From Elusimicrobiales bacterium (GTDB taxonomy: Bacteria; Elusimicrobiota; Elusimicrobia; Elusimicrobiales; UBA9959), in NCBI GenBank assembly GCA_049972095.1, contig JBMFKQ010000007.1, positions 1 through 51,964 on the forward strand: a stretch of DNA of 51,964 nt. The letters are read 5' to 3'. The notes beneath the pieces are model-generated. The model was not told where the DNA came from. It was given only the letters and a program-made list of their open reading frames with translations, and did not search any database. Positions 1-9,821 of the stretch are shown here, in pieces; the stretch's first letter is position 1, and the number at the start of each line of letters is the position of its first letter. Position numbers and translations under genes: made by a program.

Positions 1-277
1 ATTTTGGACTTTTCTGGTGTTAATTCTTTGTTTTCTATTTTCTCTTTAATTAAATATTCCATCGGTGTCATCTCTATGCTTTTATGATACCTCTAATATA
101 TGACTGCTATATCCACCCACTCTATATTCACCATCTCAAGCACCTTTTTAACTCTACCAAAGCTTTATAATGTGAAACACTAAACCTTATCATACACAAC
201 TCCAAATATGTCTTAAAATCTGTTATGCTAAAAGTTTATTATGTTTATGAGATTATGCTTTTTTTTTGTATTGAAAA

Positions 278-2845
278 CTAATCACTAATCACTACCTTAT
301 CCCCCTTGCTTGTTATTTTAAACACCTTTTTGTCAGGATTCTTTATTATCTCAAAAGCAATCTTATCAGTTATGTGTTTCTGTACTGCACGCTTTAACGG
401 TCTTGCCCCAAAATCCGCATTATAACCCTCATTGAATAAAAATTCCTTCGTTTTATCATCAACCTCTATTTCAATCCCTTTTTGAGAAAGTATGTTTTTG
501 AGATTGTTAATTTGAATATCAATGATCTTATAAATGTCCTCTTTCGTAAGATTTTTGAATACTATTATCTCATCAAGCCTATTTATAAACTCAGGTCTAA
601 AATGCTTCAATAGAATCTCCATCAATTCTTCTTGTGATATCCTTGTTATGTCTTTTTTAAGTATATAACTGCTTGCAAGATTTGATGTCATTACAATTAT
701 AGTGTTTTTAAAATCAACAAGCCTTCCCTTACCATCGGTAAGCCTGCCATCATCTAAAATCTGTAAAAATATATTAAATACATCAGAATGTGCCTTTTCT
801 ATTTCGTCAAAGAGTAAAACTGAGTAAGGCCTTCTTCTTACCTTTTCTGTTAACTGCCCCCCTTCTTCATATCCAACATATCCAGGTGGAGCCCCTATGA
901 GTCTTGCAACAGAGTGTTTTTCCATATACTCAGACATATCAAACCTTACAAGAGCTTTCTCATCATTAAAAAGAAACTCAGCAAGTGCCTTTGCAAGCTC
1001 AGTCTTGCCAACACCGGTAGGTCCCAAAAACAAAAAGCTTCCAATTGGTCTTTTTGGATCAGAAATCTGAGCTTTTGCTCTTCTTATCGCATTTGAAACT
1101 GCCTCAATAGCATTATCCTGTCCAACAACCCTTTTTTTAAGCTCCTCTTCAAGGTGTAGAAGTTTTTGCTTTTCGCTTTCAAGCATCTTTGAAACAGGAA
1201 TACCAGTCCATTTTGAAACTATCTTTGCTATATCCTCCTCATCAACCTCTTCTTTTATTAAGCTTCCATCTTTTTGTATCTCCTTTAATTTTTGAGAAAA
1301 CTCATTGAGTTTTTTTTCAAGCCCAGGTATCTTTCCATATTTAATCTCGCTTGCCTTTGTTAAATCTCCCTCCCTTTTATACCTTTCCTCCTCAAATCTT
1401 AATCTTTCTATCTCAGACTTAACCTCCTTTATTTTAACAACAAGCTCTTTTTCATTTTCCCATTTCATCTTTTTTATCTTCACTTCTTCCTCAAGCTCAG
1501 CAATCTCTTTTCTTATCTCATCAAGTTTCTTCTTTGAATCTAAGCTTGTGTCCTTTGATATGGCAAGCTCTTCCATTTTGAGCTGAAGGATTTTTCTTTC
1601 TATCTCATCTATCTCAACAGGCTTTGAGTCAATCTGCATTCTCAAACTCGCACATGCCTCATCTATAAGATCTATTGCTTTATCAGGAAGGAATCTGTCT
1701 GTTATATACCTGTTAGAAAGTGTTGCGGCAGCGATTATAGCAGGGTCCTTTATTCTAACCCCGTGATGAACCTCATATCTCTCTTTAAGCCCTCTCAAAA
1801 TTGCAATTGTATCCTCAACAGTTGGCTCCGAAACAAAAACCTTTTGAAATCTTCTCTCAAGAGCAGCATCCTTTTCAATATACTTTTGATACTCATTTAA
1901 GGTTGTGGCACCGATACACCTTAATGTCCCTCTTGCAAGTGAAGGCTTTAACATATTCGCTGCATCAACAGCCCCCTCTGCCTGACCTGCTCCAACAAGT
2001 GTATGTATCTCATCTATAAAAAGGATAATGTTCCCTTGGGAGTTTTCTATCTCCTTTATAACTGCCTTTAACCTTTCTTCAAACTCACCCCTAAACTTTG
2101 CACCAGCTATCAACAAACCCATATCAAGTGCAACAATCTTTTTATTTTTAAGCCCTTCAGGCACATCCTTGCTTGCAATCCTAATAGCAATTCCCTCAAC
2201 TATTGCAGTTTTTCCAACACCGGGCTCACCTATAAGCACAGGATTGTTTTTCGTCCTTCTTGATAAAACCTGTATAACCCTTCTTATCTCATCATCCCTG
2301 CCAATTACAGGATCAAGCTTTCCTTTAACTGCAAGATCAGTCAAATCCCTTGTGTATTTTTCAAGGACATTATATTTTGCCTCAGGCTCAGCCTCAGTTA
2401 TTCTTTGATTTCCCCTAATAAATGCAACTGCATTTAAAATAGTATCTTTTGTTATCGAATGTTTTCTAAAAATTTTTTTTATTGCATCATTATCACTATC
2501 ACAGGCTGCAAGAAGTATATGTTCAGCACTTAAATATTCATCCTTCAGTTTTGACATCTCATTAAAAGCATTTATAAAAAGTCTCTCTGTATGTATAGAT
2601 AAATAAACATCATAGTTTCCTGAGATCTTTGGATATCTATCTACCTCATCTTTTAAGTCCGATATAAATTGATTTATATTGACACCAATCTTTTTTAATA
2701 TCTCCCTTGCAATAGAATCCTCCATATTGATAAGCGAAAATAGGATGTGTGGTGGTTCAATATACTGGTTTGAGTTTTCTAAGGCAAAGGCTTTAGCATT
2801 GCTAAGAGCCTGTTGAGTTTTCAAGGTCATTTTTTCAAAATTCAT
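278..2845 (-). CDS. clpB: ATP-dependent chaperone ClpB
   Basis: 855 aa; two AAA+ modules (GEPGVGKT, GPTGVGKT), LDPVIGRDDEIRR, coiled-coil middle domain, RLIGAPPGYVGYEEGG; SD AGGAGG upstream. Confidence 0.97.
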   Translation of the reverse strand: MNFEKMTLKTQQALSNAKAFALENSNQYIEPPHILFSLINMEDSIAREILKKIGVNINQFISDLKDEVDRYPKISGNYDVYLSIHTERLFINAFNEMSKLKDEYLSAEHILLAACDSDNDAIKKIFRKHSITKDTILNAVAFIRGNQRITEAEPEAKYNVLEKYTRDLTDLAVKGKLDPVIGRDDEIRRVIQVLSRRTKNNPVLIGEPGVGKTAIVEGIAIRIASKDVPEGLKNKKIVALDMGLLIAGAKFRGEFEERLKAVIKEIENSQGNIILFIDEIHTLVGAGQAEGAVDAANMLKPSLARGTLRCIGATTLNEYQKYIEKDAALERRFQKVFVSEPTVEDTIAILRGLKERYEVHHGVRIKDPAIIAAATLSNRYITDRFLPDKAIDLIDEACASLRMQIDSKPVEIDEIERKILQLKMEELAISKDTSLDSKKKLDEIRKEIAELEEEVKIKKMKWENEKELVVKIKEVKSEIERLRFEEERYKREGDLTKASEIKYGKIPGLEKKLNEFSQKLKEIQKDGSLIKEEVDEEDIAKIVSKWTGIPVSKMLESEKQKLLHLEEELKKRVVGQDNAIEAVSNAIRRAKAQISDPKRPIGSFLFLGPTGVGKTELAKALAEFLFNDEKALVRFDMSEYMEKHSVARLIGAPPGYVGYEEGGQLTEKVRRRPYSVLLFDEIEKAHSDVFNIFLQILDDGRLTDGKGRLVDFKNTIIVMTSNLASSYILKKDITRISQEELMEILLKHFRPEFINRLDEIIVFKNLTKEDIYKIIDIQINNLKNILSQKGIEIEVDDKTKEFLFNEGYNADFGARPLKRAVQKHITDKIAFEIIKNPDKKVFKITSKGDKVVISD

Positions 2846-2953
2846 AAACCCTCCTATAGTTAACAGTTAATTTGCCAAGACTTAAAAGAGGCACAGCTAT
2901 GGACACCGCAAAGTCATTATAAACTTCTGAAATCTTCTTATAATTATTTAATT

Positions 2954-4078
2954 TCAGAACCTAAATCCTAAACCAACAGCCGGACCTGAGTTATCTATAT
3001 ACACCGAATTATCTTCACCAACATAACCTCTGTCAAAACTAAGTGTAATGCCACCAAATCTATATTCTGCAAATACAGATAAGCTTGTGCTAACCAATCT
3101 CAAACCTATAGGGAATCTAAAAGCAAACACAAAGGATGACTCGTCAAGCCTTCTCCCTGACGAATCTGTTATATACTGTGAGCTTATTCCAGCCAAACCA
3201 AAACCAAGACCAAGTCCAAGATATGTAAAAAACTTTTTGTTTTCGGGCAATCTCATAAGCAGATCAAAATACATATTAAAAACACCTATATCAAGATACT
3301 TATCAGGAAAGTTAGATTGTTCTTCTATCTGATGTTTAGAATAAGACATCTCAAACTCAAAACCAAATAAGCTTTTACCATAACCACCAATCCTTATGCC
3401 AAAAGGATTTATCCCCTTCGCTCTAAGTCCGGAACCCTCTTTAACCACAGAAACACGAGGGGTTATATCAACCTTACTTTTGTCACCACCACAAACAAAA
3501 TCAAAAAAACCATATTCATTTTCAGACTTTGTCATCTGATATGTTTGAGAAGACTCATAACTAGAAGATGGTGTAGAAGGGGTATAAAGCGGTGTAGATT
3601 TTCGTAGCTCTCCACCTACCCAATCCTTAACAACATAAACCTGTGCAGCACCAATTGCTTGCGCAGTATCGGTTTTAACTATTCTTGCATTAACCTCTAT
3701 CTTTCCATCAGCCCTTGCAACAAGAGTTCCCATTATAATAGCATCAACTCCAAGTATCTTTCCTAACTCCTTTGCACTTGTTGCATCTATCAAACCAGAG
3801 TTTTGAAGTTTTAACTCATTTAATACCTTATCTAACTGTGATCTCTCTATAACCTCAAATCTACCCATATTTATAAGTTTTACACTTAATCTTTCTGCTA
3901 TAACAGAACCATCCTTTGTTGATTGCAGGTTCTCAGCATAGGAAAAAGGAATAACAGCTATCTTTTTTATCCCCTCAGCATATTTTGCAAGTTCATTAGC
4001 TAAACTATCATAGATATCACCCTGTGAAAATAGACTAACTCTCATAAACAACATAATTAAAAATAATATCTCCTTCAC
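2954..4078 (-). CDS. CsgG/HfaB/FlgO-family periplasmic domain fused to a C-terminal outer-membrane beta-barrel
   Basis: KIAVIPF...RFEVIERSQLDKVLNELKLQNSGLID...AKELGKILGVDAII motif; Ser/Thr/Pro linker; amphipathic strands ending GLGFRF. GTG start at 4078 chosen because AGGAGG precedes it (ORF-track start 4099). Confidence 0.75.
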   Translation of the reverse strand: MKEILFLIMLFMRVSLFSQGDIYDSLANELAKYAEGIKKIAVIPFSYAENLQSTKDGSVIAERLSVKLINMGRFEVIERSQLDKVLNELKLQNSGLIDATSAKELGKILGVDAIIMGTLVARADGKIEVNARIVKTDTAQAIGAAQVYVVKDWVGGELRKSTPLYTPSTPSSSYESSQTYQMTKSENEYGFFDFVCGGDKSKVDITPRVSVVKEGSGLRAKGINPFGIRIGGYGKSLFGFEFEMSYSKHQIEEQSNFPDKYLDIGVFNMYFDLLMRLPENKKFFTYLGLGLGFGLAGISSQYITDSSGRRLDESSFVFAFRFPIGLRLVSTSLSVFAEYRFGGITLSFDRGYVGEDNSVYIDNSGPAVGLGFRF

Positions 4079-4302
4079 CTCAAACCTCCTAATTCTCATA
4101 TCCTTATAACATTAATATTGTAGCATATTTGCATTAACTTTTAATAAACTCACTTCAATAACAGGATAAAAATCTGCATAAAAATTATATAATTTAGTGT
4201 ATGAAAGATAAGGATTTGATAGTTAAAAATATAAAATAATTTTTAGAAAACTATCAATAAATACTATTTCTATGATTACTACCACATGAAGATATCAATA
4301 AG

Positions 4303-5526
4303 ATGATAAAAAAATACATACATATACTGCTATTTCTATTCTTCTTTTCATGCTTACATCAAAATGAAGATCCATATCATATTATCATATGGGAGATGGA
4401 GGATGCATCTGTTGCACCATTTATAGATAGGATAATAAATGATTTTGTAAAGCTCTACAAAGAGAAAAACGGCATTGAGCTTAAATTTACAAGGGCACAT
4501 TATCAAGTTGAAGATCTAAGGCAACAGTTTCAAGCAGCATCTATTGCAGGTGTCCCACCGGATATACTCATATCACCATCTGATGTTGCAGGGGTTTATG
4601 CAATCGCAGGGTTTATAAGAAATGTAGAAAATGATTTCGATCTCAAGAAATACAATAAACCAGTTATTGATGCAATAACACTTGAAGGAAAGGTCTGGGG
4701 AATTCCTATATCTAACGGAAATCATCTGATGTTGATGTATAATAGAAGATTTATAAAAAATCCACCAAAAGATACAAACGAGCTTTTCAGGATGTGTGAG
4801 GAGTTTAAAAAAGAAAAGAGATTTGATTACTGTCTTGCCTTTGATGGTGGAGAACCATTCTGGCTTATGCCCTGGCTTGGCAGCTTTGGTGGATGGCCGC
4901 TTGAAGATAGAAAACCAACACTTAACACTCAACCAATGATAGAAACACTGAAATTCTATTATGATCTAAGGTTTAAATATAAATACATTCCACAAGAGTG
5001 CGATTATAACTGTATGGACTCACTTTTTAAGGAAGAAAAGGTTCCATTTATAATAAATGGTGATTGGGCTTTATCAGAATATATGAACCATTTTAAAAAA
5101 AACTTTATGATAGCCCTTATACCCAAAAATTCAAAAACCGGCTTATGGCCCACACCAATGATAAGCGGAAAATACCTAATAATATCTTCAAAGGTCAAAG
5201 GAGAAAAATTTAGGATTATAAAGGATTTTGTGGAATTTTATACAAACAGAGAAAATCAAATCAAACAGTTTAAAGAGCTTAAAAGACTTCCTGCATTAAT
5301 TGAGGCATCAAAATCAAAAGAGGTAGTATCAGATCCACTTGCAAGGATTTCTATGGAACAGATTCTTAAAGGTAAACCTATGCCAATGGCATGGGAGATG
5401 AGAGCTGTTTGGGATACGCTAAGAAACTATCAGGGACTTGTAATGACTAATAAAATGAGTGCGGAGATTGCGGCTCAAAAAATCCAAAAGGAAGTAGAAA
5501 GAAAGATAGAGGAGATGGATAGATAA
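4303..5526 (+). CDS. Sugar (maltodextrin-type) ABC transporter substrate-binding lipoprotein
   Basis: Lipobox-like FFSC; IINGDWALS and KGKPMP..WEMRAVW motifs of MalE-family proteins; first gene of the ABC operon. Confidence 0.85.
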   Translation: MIKKYIHILLFLFFFSCLHQNEDPYHIIIWEMEDASVAPFIDRIINDFVKLYKEKNGIELKFTRAHYQVEDLRQQFQAASIAGVPPDILISPSDVAGVYAIAGFIRNVENDFDLKKYNKPVIDAITLEGKVWGIPISNGNHLMLMYNRRFIKNPPKDTNELFRMCEEFKKEKRFDYCLAFDGGEPFWLMPWLGSFGGWPLEDRKPTLNTQPMIETLKFYYDLRFKYKYIPQECDYNCMDSLFKEEKVPFIINGDWALSEYMNHFKKNFMIALIPKNSKTGLWPTPMISGKYLIISSKVKGEKFRIIKDFVEFYTNRENQIKQFKELKRLPALIEASKSKEVVSDPLARISMEQILKGKPMPMAWEMRAVWDTLRNYQGLVMTNKMSAEIAAQKIQKEVERKIEEMDR

Positions 5527-6704
5527 TGGAATATATTTCTGCACTTATTGAGATTATCCTCTTCATTATAGCCGTTATAGCTGCAATAGCCTTAGTTGAG
5601 TTTTATCTTTATATTCACTTTAAGTTTTATGAAGTTAAAAAAGCAGCAATTATATCTGCAACTTCACTTATTCTCTTTTTTATTCTTTCATATAAGCTTT
5701 CAATATACTCATTCAAAGGTTTAGTTTATTTTATTTTATTTGAAGGTGTCATTTTCTATCTTTCAACCAGGATATTCAAGGGAAAAAACTATCTTCCATA
5801 TCTTCTTGTCGCTCCAGCATTTATAGGTCTTGCCTCTTTGCTTCTTTATCCCTTCATATTTGAGGTATACCTATCATTCACAGATCTAAAACTAACAACA
5901 GTTTTTAGATGGAAAGAAACGGGATATATAGATTTTGTATGGTTTAAAAATTACATAAATGTCTTTAGGCTTCCTCCTCTGAGCGAAACAACATTTCTAC
6001 AGCTTTTTGGAAGAACATTACTTTGGACATTCTCAAATGTCTTTTTTCATGTTTTAGGAGGCTTTATACTTGCCCTCCTTTTAATAGAGACAAAAAAAAT
6101 GAAAGGGATATACAGAACACTTCTTGTAATACCATGGGCAATGCCTCAAGTAGTGGCGGTTCTTGCTATGAGAGGAGAATTCCATTCACAGTATGGTTTT
6201 ATAAACATAATACTGAACAAGCTTCACCATTCATATCCTATTTTTGCAAAGCTTGGAATTGGACCTCTAAACTGGCTCAGTGATCATCCCCTTTTAACAT
6301 GCACACTTATAAATATATGGCTTGGTATACCTTTTATGATAGTTGTAATACTTGGAGGACTTCAATCAATATCTCAGTCATACTATGATGCTGCCTCAAT
6401 TGATGGTGCAGGATACCTCCAAAAACTAAGATACATAACACTTCCATTGATAAAACCTGTTTTACTTCCAGCAATAACCCTTGGAACGATATGGACATTT
6501 AACAATATAAATGTCATATATCTTGTAACAGGCCAAGCTGGTGGCACAGAAAGGGCAGATATACTTGTCTCTGCGTTATATAAAGCAGCTTTTGTCTACA
6601 ACAGATACAGCTATTCAGCTGCATTTGCAATGATAATCTTTCTTTTACTTTTTGTTATAACATTAATATACTCGAAAACACTTTCATCAAGGTATGAGAT
6701 ATGA
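5526..6704 (+). CDS. Sugar ABC transporter permease (MalF-like)
   Basis: Multiple TM helices; EAA-type loop YYDAASIDGAG; LLVIPWAMP. Confidence 0.9.
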   Translation: MEYISALIEIILFIIAVIAAIALVEFYLYIHFKFYEVKKAAIISATSLILFFILSYKLSIYSFKGLVYFILFEGVIFYLSTRIFKGKNYLPYLLVAPAFIGLASLLLYPFIFEVYLSFTDLKLTTVFRWKETGYIDFVWFKNYINVFRLPPLSETTFLQLFGRTLLWTFSNVFFHVLGGFILALLLIETKKMKGIYRTLLVIPWAMPQVVAVLAMRGEFHSQYGFINIILNKLHHSYPIFAKLGIGPLNWLSDHPLLTCTLINIWLGIPFMIVVILGGLQSISQSYYDAASIDGAGYLQKLRYITLPLIKPVLLPAITLGTIWTFNNINVIYLVTGQAGGTERADILVSALYKAAFVYNRYSYSAAFAMIIFLLLFVITLIYSKTLSSRYEI

Positions 6705-7537
6705 AAAATTTTAGAAGGTTTTTAAAATACTTTTTTATACATACAGGTTTGATCTTAGCATCAGTTATAACGACATACCCACTTCTAAGGATTTTTTCTG
6801 TATCATTAAGACCCGGTAATAGAATATTTTCAACAGATCTTTCAATAATACCTGAGGGAGCAAATCTCCTTTCATACCTCAGACTCTTTAAAGAGACATA
6901 TTTCATCAAATGGATTTTCAACTCACTCGTAATAACATTTACAACATCACTCCTTGGTGTTATCCTTGCATCAACAGCAGCTTATGCATTCTCAAGATAT
7001 AGATTTTATGGAAGAAAATGGGGATTATCGCTGCTTCTTTTTACACAGATGATCCCAGCAGGAATGCTTATACTTCCACTTTATCTTATGATAATGAAAC
7101 TCAATCTAATAAACACATATCTGGGAATGGTAATAGCATACTCTGTCTCATCTCTTCCCTTCAGCATCTGGATACTTAAAGGATATTATGACACTATACC
7201 TCGCTCGCTTGAAGAAGCAGCAAAGGTTGATGGCGCAACTGAAATAGGCGCATTCTATAGAATAATCCTTCCACTCTCAAAACCGGCACTCAGTATAGCC
7301 TTCATTTTTAACTTTACTATGGCATGGAATGAATATCTTGTTGCAAGGGTTGTCCTTTACAATCCTAAAAACTACACATGGACCCTCGGACTTTTTGAGC
7401 TTCAAGGGCAATTTATAACTCAATGGGGAATGTTTGCAGCAGGTTCGATAATAATCACAATCCCTGTGTTGATCCTTTTTTTCTACACCTCAAAATATCT
7501 TGTATCAGGACTAACTCTTGGAAGCGTTAAGGGATAA
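6701..7537 (+). CDS. Sugar ABC transporter permease (MalG-like)
   Basis: LKGYYDTIPRSLEEAAKVDGA; ends GLTLGSVKG; ATGA overlap with the previous gene. Confidence 0.9.
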   Translation: MKNFRRFLKYFFIHTGLILASVITTYPLLRIFSVSLRPGNRIFSTDLSIIPEGANLLSYLRLFKETYFIKWIFNSLVITFTTSLLGVILASTAAYAFSRYRFYGRKWGLSLLLFTQMIPAGMLILPLYLMIMKLNLINTYLGMVIAYSVSSLPFSIWILKGYYDTIPRSLEEAAKVDGATEIGAFYRIILPLSKPALSIAFIFNFTMAWNEYLVARVVLYNPKNYTWTLGLFELQGQFITQWGMFAAGSIIITIPVLILFFYTSKYLVSGLTLGSVKG

Positions 7538-7547
7538 GGAGGGAATT

Positions 7548-8642
7548 GTGGCAGAGGTTAAATTTTCTAATATAACCAAAAGGTTTAATGAAAATATAGT
7601 GATTGACAAAATAAATATAACAATCAAGGATCAAGAATTTGCAGTTATAGTTGGTCCAAGCGGATGTGGCAAAACAACACTTCTGAGAATGCTTGCAGGG
7701 CTTGAAGAAGTAAGTGATGGTGATATATATATAGATGGTCTAAGGGTTAATGATATCCCACCTTCAAAAAGAGAGGTTGCAATGGTATTTCAGGATTATG
7801 CCCTCTATCCTCATATGAGCGTAAAGGAAAATATGAGTTTTGCACTTAAACTCAAGAAAATGCCTCAGAGTGAAATAGAAAAAAGAGTCAGCCAAGCAGC
7901 TGATATACTTAAAATATCACACCTCCTTGACAGAATGCCAAAACAGCTTTCAGGAGGGCAAAGACAAAGGGTAGCAATAGGAAGGGCGATAGTAAGAAAT
8001 CCAAAGGTTTTTCTATTTGATGAACCACTTTCAAATCTTGATGCAAAGCTTAGAGAGGATATGAGAATAGAGCTTTTAAAGCTCTATCAGAGGCTTTCAA
8101 CAACAATGATTTATGTAACCCATGATCAGATTGAGGCTATGACCCTTGCAAGCAAGATAGTAGTTATGAACAAGGGTGTGATCCAGCAAGAAGGAACACC
8201 TGTTGAGGTATACAAGAAGCCCACAAACATATTTGTCGCATCATTTATAGGTACACCAACAATGAATTTCATAAAAGGTAAAATAATACTAAAGAACGAA
8301 AAGTTTTATTTTGTGAGGGATGATTTTTCTTTCTTCATACCTTTTTTCGTATTTCCGGGCATTACAAACTATATAGAAAAAGATGTGATTATAGGAATAA
8401 GACCTGAGGATATAATACTTGATGAGTCAAAGATAGACAAATCAAATATGATAGAGGGAATAGTTGATGTGGTTGAGCTTTTAGGTCCAAGAGAAAATCT
8501 CTATATTAAAATCTCAGATTCACTAAATCTACGTGCTATTACTAAACCATATCATACATCACCGGGGATGAGGATAAAATTTTCAGTTAGCTACCCAAAT
8601 CTTCACATATTTGATCCAACTACAGAAAAAAGATTGAACTGA
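7548..8642 (+). CDS. Sugar ABC transporter ATP-binding protein (MalK/UgpC family)
   Basis: GPSGCGKTT, LSGGQRQRVAIGRA, DEPLSNLDAKLR; GTG start at 7548 after AGGAGG. Confidence 0.93.
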   Translation: MAEVKFSNITKRFNENIVIDKINITIKDQEFAVIVGPSGCGKTTLLRMLAGLEEVSDGDIYIDGLRVNDIPPSKREVAMVFQDYALYPHMSVKENMSFALKLKKMPQSEIEKRVSQAADILKISHLLDRMPKQLSGGQRQRVAIGRAIVRNPKVFLFDEPLSNLDAKLREDMRIELLKLYQRLSTTMIYVTHDQIEAMTLASKIVVMNKGVIQQEGTPVEVYKKPTNIFVASFIGTPTMNFIKGKIILKNEKFYFVRDDFSFFIPFFVFPGITNYIEKDVIIGIRPEDIILDESKIDKSNMIEGIVDVVELLGPRENLYIKISDSLNLRAITKPYHTSPGMRIKFSVSYPNLHIFDPTTEKRLN

Positions 8643-8683
8643 AATTTTATATAATATTAACTAAAACTTAGCCGGGAAGGAAA

Positions 8684-8866
8684 ATGAAGGCTAAAGTAGA
8701 TCAAAATCTATGTATAGGATGTGGATTGTGCGTGAATGACTGTCCTGATGTTTTTGAGATGCAAGGTGAGAAAGCCACCGCAAAAAATCCTATTCCACAT
8801 TCATTAGAGGATGCTTGTAAGAAAGCTGCTGAAAACTGCCCTGTTCAGGCAATCAAATTTATATAA
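8684..8866 (+). CDS. Mono-cluster ferredoxin
   Basis: 60 aa; CIGCGLC...CP and distal CPVQAI. Confidence 0.9.
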   Translation: MKAKVDQNLCIGCGLCVNDCPDVFEMQGEKATAKNPIPHSLEDACKKAAENCPVQAIKFI

Positions 8867-8868
8867 AT

Positions 8869-9762
8869 ATGGAAGAAGAAAAAAGAAAGGTTGTGTTTTT
8901 ATCTATTGTTTCAAACACATTTCTTATAATTACCAAAATATCCGTAGGTTTAATAACCGGCTCTATAAGCATAATATCTGAGGCAATTCACTCATCAATA
9001 GATTTAATTGCAGCAGTTATGACTTTTTTTGCAATAAGAGCATCATCAATACCTCCAGACAAAGAACATCCATACGGGCATAGCAAGGCTGAAAATATAT
9101 CAGGTTTTGTTGAAGCATTGTTGATAATAACTGCAGCTTTATGGATAATATATGAATCAATAAAAAAACTCATATTCTCACAGCCTGTAGAATTTGTAGT
9201 GGCAGGTATAGCAGTGATGCTCTTTTCCGCAGTAGTTAATTTTTATGTATCCAAAAAACTCTACAAGACATCTTTAAAAACAGATTCAATAGCCTTAAGG
9301 GCCGATGCTGTGCATCTAACCACAGATGTATACACATCTGTTGGTGTTACTTTTGGGCTTTTCCTTATCTATTTTCTTGAAAAAATCTTTCCACAAAAAC
9401 ATTTCCACTGGATAGATCCAGCCTTTGCAATTATGGTTGCAGGTATAATAATAAAAACAGGATTATCTCTTACATCAGAGTCGATAAAAGATCTGATGGA
9501 CAGCTGTATCTCAGATAATGAGATACAAAAAATAGAGGATATTATAAAAAATTCAGAGGATGTTATAGCATACAGAAATCTAAAAACAAGAAAGGCAGGT
9601 GGAAGGATATTTATAGAATTTGAACTGGTGATTGACAAAAATATCTCCTTTGAAAAAGCACATCTAATAACAGAAAAGGTGGCCAGTAATATAAGAAATA
9701 AAATCAAATCAGATGTAATAATCCATCCAGAACCATCCTCTGCACAATCTAATAAAGATTAA
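8869..9762 (+). CDS. Cation diffusion facilitator (FieF-like) metal efflux transporter
   Basis: SEAIHSSID, PPDKEHPYGH, ADAVHLTTD, C-terminal IIHPEP. Confidence 0.92.
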   Translation: MEEEKRKVVFLSIVSNTFLIITKISVGLITGSISIISEAIHSSIDLIAAVMTFFAIRASSIPPDKEHPYGHSKAENISGFVEALLIITAALWIIYESIKKLIFSQPVEFVVAGIAVMLFSAVVNFYVSKKLYKTSLKTDSIALRADAVHLTTDVYTSVGVTFGLFLIYFLEKIFPQKHFHWIDPAFAIMVAGIIIKTGLSLTSESIKDLMDSCISDNEIQKIEDIIKNSEDVIAYRNLKTRKAGGRIFIEFELVIDKNISFEKAHLITEKVASNIRNKIKSDVIIHPEPSSAQSNKD

Positions 9763-9783
9763 TATTTAAGGGCTTCTCAAAGA

Positions 9784-9821
9784 AAGTGAAGTTGCGACTT
9801 TAAAGTCGGCAAGCTTCACTT
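9784..9821. terminator. Imperfect inverted repeat between the convergent CDF and ampG-like genes; candidate bidirectional terminator
   Basis: AAGTGAAG-TTGC-GACT-ttaa-AGTC-GGCAA-G-CTTCACTT; no long U-tract. Confidence 0.5.

Noticed and set aside
2846..2953. CIRCE, CtsR or HAIR operator upstream of clpB
   Set aside because: No match to these consensus repeats by eye
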